A DNA stretch of 24,936 nucleotides from contig CAYHAH010000054.1 of NCBI GenBank assembly GCA_964354575.1, forward strand, positions 1 through 24,936, given 5' to 3'. The position numbers were made by a program, and so were the translations under genes. Numbering within the stretch: position 1 is the stretch's first letter; every line of letters starts with the position of its first letter. Positions 8,694 through 17,185 of the stretch are shown here, one piece after another. Source of the stretch: an uncultured bacterium. GTDB lineage: Bacteria; Margulisbacteria; WOR-1; CAVSGV01. The notes beneath the pieces are model-generated. The model had not been told where the DNA came from. It saw only the letters and a program-made list of their open reading frames with translations, and did not search any database.

Positions 8694-9659
8694 ATGAGAC
8701 GGGCTTCGATCATAGGCACCGGTTCTTATGTCCCCAGGAAGGTCCTGACGAATTTCGACATTGAAAAAATGGTCGACACAACCGATGAATGGATAATGGA
8801 GAGGACCGGCATCAGGGAGCGGAGGATCGCGGACGAGAGCGAAGCGACATCCGACCTCGCCTTTGAGGCGGCGCGCAGGGCCATTGAGTCGGCAAAGATC
8901 GATCCGAAGGAACTTGAACTGATCATCGTCGGCACTTCATCCCCGGACATGCTTTTCCCGTCCACCGCCTGCATCATCCAGGACAGGATCGGGGCGGTCA
9001 ACGCCGCCGCGTTCGACGCATCAGCGGCATGCACTGGATTCAATTACGCTCTTGCGGCAGCGGCAAGCTTCATTGAATCCGGCGTATATAATAATGTAAT
9101 GGTCATAGGAGCAGATACGCTGGCCAAATACCTGGACTGGACCGACAGGAACACATGCATTCTGTTCGGGGACGGAGCGGGCGCGGTCATTCTTAAGGCG
9201 GCCGATGGCGAAAGCGGGATCCTTGCCAGCTACCTGGGAGCGGAAGGAAGCGGAGGAAAATACCTTATCATGCCGGGGGGCGGCTCGCGCGATCCCGAAG
9301 CGAAAAAAAGGTTCATCCAGATGGACGGGAAGGAAGTTTTCAAGTTCGCCGTAAAGATCCTGCCGAAATGCGTCAAGGCGGTGCTTGAAAAAGCAAAACT
9401 GAAAACCTCCGACATCTCCCTGCTTATCCCTCACCAGGCAAACACAAGGATAATCGATTTCGCCTTGAGAAATTTGGGCTTGTCAAAAGAAAAGGTATAT
9501 GTTAACCTCGACCGATACGGAAACACCTCGGCAGCCTCAATCCCCATAGCGCTGGACGAAGCGTTAAAAGAAGGAAAGATAAAAAAAGGGGACATTGTCG
9601 TGCTTGCGGGATTCGGGGCGGGGCTGACATACGGCGCAAACGTCATAAAGTGGTCGTAA
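8694..9659 (+). CDS. fabH: Beta-ketoacyl-ACP synthase III
   Basis: Cys-His-Asn triad in AACTGF, IPHQAN and GNTSAAS; also GFGAGLT. Confidence 0.96.
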   Translation: MRRASIIGTGSYVPRKVLTNFDIEKMVDTTDEWIMERTGIRERRIADESEATSDLAFEAARRAIESAKIDPKELELIIVGTSSPDMLFPSTACIIQDRIGAVNAAAFDASAACTGFNYALAAAASFIESGVYNNVMVIGADTLAKYLDWTDRNTCILFGDGAGAVILKAADGESGILASYLGAEGSGGKYLIMPGGGSRDPEAKKRFIQMDGKEVFKFAVKILPKCVKAVLEKAKLKTSDISLLIPHQANTRIIDFALRNLGLSKEKVYVNLDRYGNTSAASIPIALDEALKEGKIKKGDIVVLAGFGAGLTYGANVIKWS

Positions 9660-9681
9660 AGGGTTTTAGGAGGTAAGGAAA

Positions 9682-10839
9682 ATGGATTACGGATTCACCG
9701 AAGAGCAGAAAATGGTCCAGGAACTGGCCAGGAAGATAGCTGTAGAGAAAGCGCTTCCCGTAAGGGCGGAACTTGACGAGAGCGGGGAATTTCCCTGGGA
9801 AGTCGTGAAAGCGCTCGCGGAATCAAACCTCACGGGGATCGGCATCGACGAAAAATACGGAGGGATCGGCGGAGGAACCCTTGAATACTGCATCGCTACC
9901 GAGGAGCTCAGCATCGTGTGCGGCGGCATCGCTCTTGCCTACGCGGCCACGGGCCTGGGGACAATGCCCATCATATTGTTCGGGAACGAAGAACAAAAAC
10001 AGAAATACCTTCCCGACATAGCCGCGGGGAAAAAGCTGGCCGCATTCGGCCTTACCGAGGCGAACGCCGGCTCGGACGCTGGAGGAATGCAGACGACCGC
10101 AAAAAAAGACGGGGATCATTTTATACTCAACGGCACGAAACAGTGGATAACCAACGGCGGCGAGGCGGAGACATACTCCGTGATCGCGATAACCGACAGG
10201 AAAAAGGGGTCGAGAGGCGCTTCCGCGTTCATACTCGAAAAAAACATGCCGGGATTCACTTTCGGCAAGAAAGAGAACAAGATGGGAATAAGGGCTTCCG
10301 CGACAAGGGAGCTGGTTTTCCAGGACTGCAAGGTCCACAAGAGCCAGATGCTCGGCAAGGAAGGAATGGGATTCATAGTCGCGATGAAGACGCTGGACAG
10401 GACAAGGCCGGGCATCGCGGCCCAGGCGGTTGGGATAGCCCAGGGAGCTCTTAATGAAGCCCTGAAATATTCGAGGCAGAGAGAGCAGTTCGGCGCCAAG
10501 ATAAGCACGTTCCAGGCGATACAGCACATGCTGGCTGATATGGCCACGCAGGTGGAGGCCGCAAGGTGTCTTGTGTACGCAACGGCGAGAGCGATCGACT
10601 CGGGATCCGCCGAAACATCAAAGATGTCCGCAATGTGCAAGCTCATGGCGTCGGATACCGCCATGAAAGTGACAACGGACGCGGTCCAGATACACGGGGG
10701 CTACGGCTACATGAAGGAATACCCCGTCGAGAAGATGATGAGGGACGCCAAGATCACCCAGATATACGAGGGCACCAACCAGATACAGCGCAACGTCATC
10801 GCCCTTGAACTGATCAAGGAGCTCGCAGCCAAGAAATAG
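9682..10839 (+). CDS. Acyl-CoA dehydrogenase (Bcd/CarC-like)
   Basis: FGLTEANAGSDA, NGTKQWITNG, KMGIRAS, QIHGGYGY, catalytic YEGTNQIQ; SD AGGAGGT. Confidence 0.93.
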   Translation: MDYGFTEEQKMVQELARKIAVEKALPVRAELDESGEFPWEVVKALAESNLTGIGIDEKYGGIGGGTLEYCIATEELSIVCGGIALAYAATGLGTMPIILFGNEEQKQKYLPDIAAGKKLAAFGLTEANAGSDAGGMQTTAKKDGDHFILNGTKQWITNGGEAETYSVIAITDRKKGSRGASAFILEKNMPGFTFGKKENKMGIRASATRELVFQDCKVHKSQMLGKEGMGFIVAMKTLDRTRPGIAAQAVGIAQGALNEALKYSRQREQFGAKISTFQAIQHMLADMATQVEAARCLVYATARAIDSGSAETSKMSAMCKLMASDTAMKVTTDAVQIHGGYGYMKEYPVEKMMRDAKITQIYEGTNQIQRNVIALELIKELAAKK

Positions 10840-10841
10840 CA

Positions 10842-11624
10842 ATGAACATCGTCGTCTGCATAAAACAGGTCCCCGGCACAACCCAGGTAAAGATCAATCC
10901 GGAAACCAACACGCTGATAAGGGAAGGCGTTGAGAGCATCATCAATCCCTTTGACGAGAACGCCGTTGAAGCGGCGCTTCAGTTGCGCGACAAGCACGGC
11001 GGAAAAGTAACCGTCATTACAATGGGCCCTCCGCAGGCCGTGAACGCATTGAAAGACACCATCGCGCTCGGCGTCGATGAAGCCATACTTGTTTCCGACA
11101 GGGCTTTTGCCGGCTCGGACACATGGGCAACATCATATACTCTCGCGTCGACAATAAAAAAACTCGGGGCTTTCGACCTTATCATCTGCGGCAAGCAGGC
11201 GATAGACGGCGACACCGCGCAGGTCGGGCCGGGCGTTTCCGAATTCCTCAAGATCCCCCAGGTCACTTTCGCGGTCGGAGTCGAGATAAATGACGGCGTC
11301 ATGAAAGTTAACCGGCTTCTCGAGGAAACGAACGAGATAGTTGAAGTGAAACTTCCGGCCCTTATCACGGTCGTAAAACAGATGAACACTCCAAGAATGC
11401 CTTCATTCAAGGGCAAGATCAAGGCAAAGAACGCGGCAATCCCGCAGTGGGGCGCAAAAGACATAAATGCCGATGAAAATTGCATAGGGCAAAAAGGCTC
11501 TCCCACTTCCGTCGTCAAGATATTCACCCCTCCTCCGAAAGGCGGCGGCGAGATCCTTCAGGGATCGGTTGACGAAATGGTTGATTCGCTGGTGAAAAAG
11601 CTCAGGGACAGGAAGGTCTGCTAA
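10842..11624 (+). CDS. etfB: Electron transfer flavoprotein beta subunit (bifurcating-type motifs)
   Basis: VCIKQVP, NPFDENAVEAA, GSDTWATS, CGKQAIDGDTAQVG. Confidence 0.95.
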   Translation: MNIVVCIKQVPGTTQVKINPETNTLIREGVESIINPFDENAVEAALQLRDKHGGKVTVITMGPPQAVNALKDTIALGVDEAILVSDRAFAGSDTWATSYTLASTIKKLGAFDLIICGKQAIDGDTAQVGPGVSEFLKIPQVTFAVGVEINDGVMKVNRLLEETNEIVEVKLPALITVVKQMNTPRMPSFKGKIKAKNAAIPQWGAKDINADENCIGQKGSPTSVVKIFTPPPKGGGEILQGSVDEMVDSLVKKLRDRKVC

Positions 11625-12821
11625 ATGGGCATCAGGATAATTAACGACAAGTGTTTCGGATGCAAGCTGTGCATAGCGGCGTGCCCTCTTGGCGCCATCA
11701 AGGTTGAAAATAAAAAAGCCGTAATAGACCTGGACAAGTGCAACCTGTGCGGAGCGTGCCCCTCTTCCTGCAAATTCGGCGCCATCGAGATAACAAAGGA
11801 AGACGTCAATGTTGTCGACAAGAGCCAATATAAAGGCATCTGGGTCTTCGCCGAACAGTACGAAGGCAATGTGCATCCGGTCGCGCTGGAGCTTCTCGGA
11901 GAGGGAAGGAGGCTCGCAAAAGATCTCGGCGTGGAACTGTGCGCGATGCTTCTCGGGGACTCAAGCGTAGAGAAAGAAACAAAAAAGCTCATAGAATACG
12001 GCGCGGACAAGGTTTATGTGGCGACCGCTCCGGAGCTCGCGCACTACACGACCCTCCCCTATTCAACGGTCATATCCGACATGATAAGGCAGTACAAGCC
12101 CGAGATAGTGCTTTTCGGCGCAACAACCACCGGAAGGGACCTTGCATCCCGGATAGCCGCGCGCATAAACGCGGGGCTTACGGCCGACTGCACCGGGCTT
12201 GCGATAGACAAGGAAACCAGGCTCCTTCAGCAGACGCGTCCCGCGTTCGGCGGCAATATCATGGCCACGATCATATGCAAGAACCACAGGCCGCAAATGT
12301 CCACCGTCAGGCCGAAGGTCTTTAAGCGCGCTGTTCCCGACAATTCAAGAAAGGGGCAGGTGATCAAGTTCGCTCCGAAGATAGGCCGGGACGATCTGAT
12401 CGTGAAGATCGTCGATGTTATAAAGGACGCAACGGTCAAGGTCAATCTGTCCGAAGCCGAAATAATAGTTTCCGGCGGAAGAGGGCTTCAGGCGCCGGAG
12501 AATTTCAAGCTTGTCGAAGAACTCGCCGAGGTGATAGGCGGAGCCGTGGGAGCTTCCCGCGCCACGGTCGATGCCGGCTGGATCTCCTCGCACCATCAGG
12601 TGGGACAGACGGGAAAGACGGTGTGCCCGAAACTCTACATAGCCGTCGGGATATCCGGAGCCATACAGCACCTCGCAGGCATGGGGTCATCCGAAATGAT
12701 CGTCGCGATCAACAAGGATCCGGACGCCCCGATATTCAAGGTAGCGACTTACGGCATCGTGGGCGACCTTTTCGAAGTTGTCCCGAAACTCACAAGTAAG
12801 CTGAAAGAGGTAAGAGGATAA
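11625..12821 (+). CDS. etfA: Electron transfer flavoprotein alpha subunit with N-terminal 2x[4Fe-4S] ferredoxin domain
   Basis: [12 protein letters not shown] and [11 protein letters not shown], followed by [37 protein letters not shown]. Confidence 0.95.
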   Translation: MGIRIINDKCFGCKLCIAACPLGAIKVENKKAVIDLDKCNLCGACPSSCKFGAIEITKEDVNVVDKSQYKGIWVFAEQYEGNVHPVALELLGEGRRLAKDLGVELCAMLLGDSSVEKETKKLIEYGADKVYVATAPELAHYTTLPYSTVISDMIRQYKPEIVLFGATTTGRDLASRIAARINAGLTADCTGLAIDKETRLLQQTRPAFGGNIMATIICKNHRPQMSTVRPKVFKRAVPDNSRKGQVIKFAPKIGRDDLIVKIVDVIKDATVKVNLSEAEIIVSGGRGLQAPENFKLVEELAEVIGGAVGASRATVDAGWISSHHQVGQTGKTVCPKLYIAVGISGAIQHLAGMGSSEMIVAINKDPDAPIFKVATYGIVGDLFEVVPKLTSKLKEVRG

Positions 12822-12833
12822 AGTGTTGATTAT

Positions 12834-12900
12834 GGAACCTGAGGCTGAAAGCCTCGGTTCCAAATAAATATCGGAACCGCGACTTTTAGTCGCAGGTTCC
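12834..12900. repeat. Second REPIN-like element: inverted pair of 28-nt bulged hairpins
   Basis: GGAACC-T-GAGGCT-GAA-AGCCTC-GGTTCC (12834-12861), 11-nt spacer, then a reverse copy reading GGAACC-T-GCGACT-AAA-AGTCGC-GGTTCC on - (12873-12900). Confidence 0.75.
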
Positions 12901-12920
12901 CTTCTAGAAAGGTTTTATAA

Positions 12921-13874
12921 GTGGCAAAAATAGCATTCGTATTTCCCGGGCAGGGTTCCCAGTATGTCGGCATGGGCAAAGACCTTGTGGCAAAATTCAG
13001 CTACACAAAAAAGTTCTTTGACGAGGCCAATGATTCTCTTGGCTTTGATCTTTCAAAGCTTTGCTTTGAGGGGCCGGATGAGGATCTCAAAAAAACGGAA
13101 AACACCCAGCCGGCGATATTGACGGTGTCAGCTATGTGCCTTGAAGCGCTGAAGTCATTCGGGAAAATAAGTGTCGAAGCGGCCGCGGGGCACAGCCTCG
13201 GGGAATATACCGCCCTGTATGCCGCGGGGTCCCTTAGCTTCAGGGACGCCGTAAAACTCGTCAATTCGCGCGGAAAGTTCATGCAGACAGCGGTGCCTCT
13301 CGGGGAAGGAACAATGGCCGCCATCCTGGGGCTTGATCATAATGTGGTGAAAGAAATATGCGCCAGGGCATCTTCAAAGGGAATAGTTGAAGCGGCCAAT
13401 ATCAACAGCCCTGGACAGATAGTTATATCGGGCAAGGCAGCCGGAGTTGCCGAAGCTTCCAGGCTGTGCAAGGAAGCCGGCGCAAAAAGGGTGATCGCGC
13501 TTCAGGTCAGCGCGCCTTTCCATTCAAGTTTGATGAAACCCGCGGCCGACCAACTGGCGGCGGAGCTTGATAAGATCAGCATAAAAGACGCTTCCATACC
13601 GGTGGTTTCAAACGTTACGGCGGATTACGTGACAGCCGCGGGCGCTATAAAAGAGCTGCTCATAAGACAGATGACATCCCCCGTCCTGTGGGAGGACTGT
13701 GTGAACAAAATGACGAACGACGGATTTGACACATTCATCGAGATCGGTCCGGGCAAAGTGCTTGCGGGGCTGATAAAGAAGGTCAATCCTAAAGCAAAGA
13801 TATATAATGTAGGCGATGCCGCGACCCTCGGGGATTTTTTGGGCAGCTGGCATCCGAGCGAAGGAGGTAAATAA
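12921..13874 (+). CDS. fabD: Malonyl CoA-ACP transacylase
   Basis: FPGQGSQ, TQPAIL, GHSLGEY, VSAPFHS, EIGPGKVL; GTG start. Confidence 0.96.
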   Translation: MAKIAFVFPGQGSQYVGMGKDLVAKFSYTKKFFDEANDSLGFDLSKLCFEGPDEDLKKTENTQPAILTVSAMCLEALKSFGKISVEAAAGHSLGEYTALYAAGSLSFRDAVKLVNSRGKFMQTAVPLGEGTMAAILGLDHNVVKEICARASSKGIVEAANINSPGQIVISGKAAGVAEASRLCKEAGAKRVIALQVSAPFHSSLMKPAADQLAAELDKISIKDASIPVVSNVTADYVTAAGAIKELLIRQMTSPVLWEDCVNKMTNDGFDTFIEIGPGKVLAGLIKKVNPKAKIYNVGDAATLGDFLGSWHPSEGGK

Positions 13875-13876
13875 AC

Positions 13877-14614
13877 ATGAAACTTAAAGGACGGGTAGCT
13901 TTTGTAACAGGCGCGGCTCAGGGAATAGGGAGATCGATTGCGGAAGCTCTGGCAAAAGAAGGAGCGGACGTGATAATTTCCGACATCAATATGGACGCGG
14001 CGAAAGTGACCGCGGGTGAGATCGGAAAACTCGGAGTGAAAGCGATCGCGCTGAAAACGAATGTTGCGGACGGCAGCGATGTCGCGGCTTCGGTCGAGCA
14101 GGCGGTCAAGGAATTCGGGAAAATAGACATATTGATAAACAACGCGGGAATAACAAGGGACGGACTCTTGATAAGGATGAAAGAGGATGACTGGGATGCG
14201 GTGATCTCGGTAAACCTTAGATCTATGTTCCTTTGCGCGAAAGCCATAGCCCCCTTGATGATGAAAAACAGGTGGGGTAGAATACTTAACATAGCATCGA
14301 TAGTTGGTGAAATGGGAAATTTTGGACAAGCGAATTACTCGGCTGCAAAAGCCGGGGCAATAGGCCTTACTAAAACGATAGCCAGGGAGCTTGCCTCCCG
14401 CGGCATTACCTGCAATGCCATAGCGCCCGGCTTTATCGACACGGCCATGACGCAAAAGCTATCAGACGATGTCAAGAAAAAATTAAGCGAACAGATCCCC
14501 CTTACGAGGCTGGGGGCTCCGGAAGATATAGCTAAAGCCGTCGTGTTCTTGTGCGCTGACGCGGACTATGTGACCGGGCAAGTGCTGAACGTAAACGGCG
14601 GCATGTACATGTAG
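13877..14614 (+). CDS. fabG: 3-oxoacyl-ACP reductase
   Basis: TGAAQGIG, NNAGITRD, YSAAK, NAIAPGFIDT, NVNGGMYM; SD AAGGAGGT. Confidence 0.96.
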   Translation: MKLKGRVAFVTGAAQGIGRSIAEALAKEGADVIISDINMDAAKVTAGEIGKLGVKAIALKTNVADGSDVAASVEQAVKEFGKIDILINNAGITRDGLLIRMKEDDWDAVISVNLRSMFLCAKAIAPLMMKNRWGRILNIASIVGEMGNFGQANYSAAKAGAIGLTKTIARELASRGITCNAIAPGFIDTAMTQKLSDDVKKKLSEQIPLTRLGAPEDIAKAVVFLCADADYVTGQVLNVNGGMYM

Positions 14615-14647
14615 TTTAGTGTTTAGGATTTCGAATTTAGGATTTTT
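14615..14647 (+). repeat. Degenerate heptamer tandem repeat
   Basis: TTTAGTG-TTTAGGA-TTTCGAA-TTTAGGA-TTTTT, directly after the fabG stop. Confidence 0.55.
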
Positions 14648-14671
14648 AAACGAAGGGGGTGAGAAACGTAA

Positions 14672-14917
14672 ATGGATGAATCAAAAGTTTTCGATCAGGT
14701 GAAGAAGGTAGTGGTCGATCAGCTTGGCGTGTCTGAGGACGAAGTGAAAAGAGAAGCTTCCTTCGTTGATGACCTTGGCGCCGACTCGCTGGATACAGTG
14801 GAGCTGGTCATGGCGCTTGAAGAAGCGTTCACAATGGAGATACCGGACGAAGAAGCGGAAAAGATCAAGACAGTAGGCGATACCGTGAACTATGTTTTGT
14901 CTCACTCAAAAAAGTGA
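14672..14917 (+). CDS. acpP: Acyl carrier protein
   Basis: [18 protein letters not shown] phosphopantetheine motif; acidic, 81 aa. Confidence 0.97.
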   Translation: MDESKVFDQVKKVVVDQLGVSEDEVKREASFVDDLGADSLDTVELVMALEEAFTMEIPDEEAEKIKTVGDTVNYVLSHSKK

Positions 14918-14993
14918 GGTCCGTTTCGGGATGATTGGATCGGAGGTCCTTTAATGGGATTTCGAGAATTGATCTTTAGTGGGAGGAAAGAAC

Positions 14994-15953
14994 TTGGAGC
15001 TTCCTGAGCTTAAAATTGGGAACCTTGTGGCAAAAATACCTATAATACAGGGCGGCATGGCGGTCAAGATATCAACAGGCCTGCTTGCGGGGACCATTGC
15101 TGCCGCCGGCGCTATAGGCGTGATCGGCGCTTCCGGAATGGACCTTGCAGAGCTAAGGGAAGAGATAAGGAAGGCAAAAGAGATCGCGAAGGGCGGACTG
15201 GTCGGGATAAACATAATGTTCGCCGCGAGGGAATTCCTCGGAGCGGTGAACACCGCGATAAGCGAAAAGATCAGTTTCATAACGACCGGTGCCGGGTTCT
15301 CCAGGGACATCTTCAAGATAGGAAAGGAATCCAACACTCCCATACTCCCGATAGTGTCGTCCGCAAAGCTGGCGAAGACGGCGACAAAATGCGGCGCCGC
15401 CGCAATAGTCGTGGAAGGGGTGGAAGCGGGCGGGCACCTGGGAACGGACAGGTCGATCGAAGTCATACTTCCGGAAGTCAGGGCTGTCACCGACCTTCCG
15501 GTCATCGCGGCCGGCGGAATAACGGACGGCTGCGACATCGTAAAGATGTTCCGCCTCGGGGCGAACGGCGTCCAGATAGCGACGAGGTTCGTCCTGACGA
15601 ACGAGTGCGCCGCGGCTCCGGAATACAAAAAGATCTATCAAAACGCGAAAAAAGAGGATGTCGTGCTGATATCAAGTCCTGTCGGAATGCCGGGGCGGGC
15701 CATAAAAACGAAGTTCGTCGAAAAGATACTCAATAAGACAGCTCCAAAGCCGATCGGATGCGATTACTGTCTGAAAAAATGTTCCCTCGAATACTGCATT
15801 GTTCAGGCTCTCATCAATTCGCAGCAGGGCAACGTCGACGAGGGGATAGTCTTCTCGGGCGACCATATCTGGAAAATAAAGGACAAGAGGATACGCCCTG
15901 CGGTTGAAGTGTTGAGCGAGCTTGTGAAAGAGGCCGAAGAATGCAAAGAGTGA
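14994..15953 (+). CDS. FabK/FabX-like FMN oxidoreductase (nitronate monooxygenase superfamily) with C-terminal four-Cys motif
   Basis: LKIG...[49 protein letters not shown]. Start placed at TTG 14994, 7 nt after GGAGG. Confidence 0.85.
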   Translation: MELPELKIGNLVAKIPIIQGGMAVKISTGLLAGTIAAAGAIGVIGASGMDLAELREEIRKAKEIAKGGLVGINIMFAAREFLGAVNTAISEKISFITTGAGFSRDIFKIGKESNTPILPIVSSAKLAKTATKCGAAAIVVEGVEAGGHLGTDRSIEVILPEVRAVTDLPVIAAGGITDGCDIVKMFRLGANGVQIATRFVLTNECAAAPEYKKIYQNAKKEDVVLISSPVGMPGRAIKTKFVEKILNKTAPKPIGCDYCLKKCSLEYCIVQALINSQQGNVDEGIVFSGDHIWKIKDKRIRPAVEVLSELVKEAEECKE

Positions 15954-17185
15954 GAGTGGTCGTAACAGGCCTTGGATGCGTCACCCCGATCGGGATCGGG
16001 AAAGACGCGTTCTGGAACAATTTGATCTCCGGCAAGTCGGGGATCGGCAGGATCACGCTTTTCGATCCGACAAATTTTTCCTGCCAGATAGCCGCGCAGG
16101 TGAAGGATTTTGATCCCTCCCTGTACATGGACAAAAAGGATTCAAGGCGGATCGTGCGCTTCATACAATTCGCCATTGCCGCGGCAAAGATCGCGATCGC
16201 GGACGCGAAACTGTCCATAACGCCCGAAAACGCGGATCGCGCCGGCACCCTGATAGGATCGGGCATTGGCGGAATAGCTTTCCTTGAGGAACAAGCCAGG
16301 GCTCTTTTTGAAAAAGGCCCGGATAAATGCTCGCCCTTCATGGTCCCGTGGATGATAACGAACATGGCTGCCGGGCAAGTCTCGATATTTCTCGGCCTGA
16401 AAGGGCCGAACAGCTGCACCGTTACCGCGTGCGCGACGGGAACTAATTCCATAGGCGACGCCGCCAGAATAATCGAGCGCGGAGATGCCGATATAATGGT
16501 CGCCGGCGGGGCGGAAGCTGCCATTTCACCTCTCGGCATTGCCGGGTTTGCCGCCGCGAGAGCCCTCTCAACAAGGAACAACGATCCAGAGCACGCATCC
16601 AGGCCCTTTGACAGGGAAAGGGACGGATTCGTGATGGGTGAAGGCGCCGGAATTGTCGTTCTTGAATCGCTCGAACACGCTGTCAGGCGGGGCGCGAACA
16701 TTTACGCCGAACTTGCCGGATACGGAATGTCAGGCGACGCGCACCACATCACTGCTCCAGCTCCCGGCGGGGAAGGAGCAGTAAGGGCAATGGCCCTGGC
16801 CATAAAGGATGCCGGGCTCAAGCCTGAAGACATAGATCACATAAACGCTCACGGAACATCGACAGACCTGAATGACAAGTACGAGACAATGGCGATCAAG
16901 GCACTCTTCGGCGATCGCGCGAAAAAGATAGCGGTAAGCTCCAACAAATCCATGGTAGGGCACATGCTCGGAGCCGCCGGGGCCGTGGAGTTCATCTCTA
17001 CGGTGCTGACGCTAAAAAACGACATTGTCCCGCCGACAATAAACCTTGAGAACCCTGATCCGGAATGCGATCTGGATTATGTGCCGCTTAAAGCAAGGAA
17101 AATGCTTGTGCGCGCCGCGATCTCAAATTCGTTCGGATTTGGAGGGCACAACGCAGTAATTGCTGCAAAAAAAATTAAGATCTAG
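15941..17185 (+). CDS. fabF: Beta-ketoacyl-ACP synthase II
   Basis: [41 protein letters not shown]. Confidence 0.96.
   Translation: MQRVRVVVTGLGCVTPIGIGKDAFWNNLISGKSGIGRITLFDPTNFSCQIAAQVKDFDPSLYMDKKDSRRIVRFIQFAIAAAKIAIADAKLSITPENADRAGTLIGSGIGGIAFLEEQARALFEKGPDKCSPFMVPWMITNMAAGQVSIFLGLKGPNSCTVTACATGTNSIGDAARIIERGDADIMVAGGAEAAISPLGIAGFAAARALSTRNNDPEHASRPFDRERDGFVMGEGAGIVVLESLEHAVRRGANIYAELAGYGMSGDAHHITAPAPGGEGAVRAMALAIKDAGLKPEDIDHINAHGTSTDLNDKYETMAIKALFGDRAKKIAVSSNKSMVGHMLGAAGAVEFISTVLTLKNDIVPPTINLENPDPECDLDYVPLKARKMLVRAAISNSFGFGGHNAVIAAKKIKI

Noticed and set aside
4668-12900. The palindromic elements at 4668 and 12834 as CRISPR repeats
   Set aside because: Only two units each, inverted rather than direct, with 8- and 11-nt spacers; no cas genes.
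14979-14993. GTG 14979 start for the FabK/FabX-like gene
   Set aside because: GGAGG lies downstream of it; TTG 14994 has proper SD spacing and gives a family-like MELPELKIG start.
7833-16701. Long antisense ORFs (7833-8591, 9823-10527, 13625-14455, 14951-15628, 15814-16701) and similar shadows elsewhere
   Set aside because: All lie opposite well-supported conserved genes, show no recognisable motifs, and are expected from codon bias.
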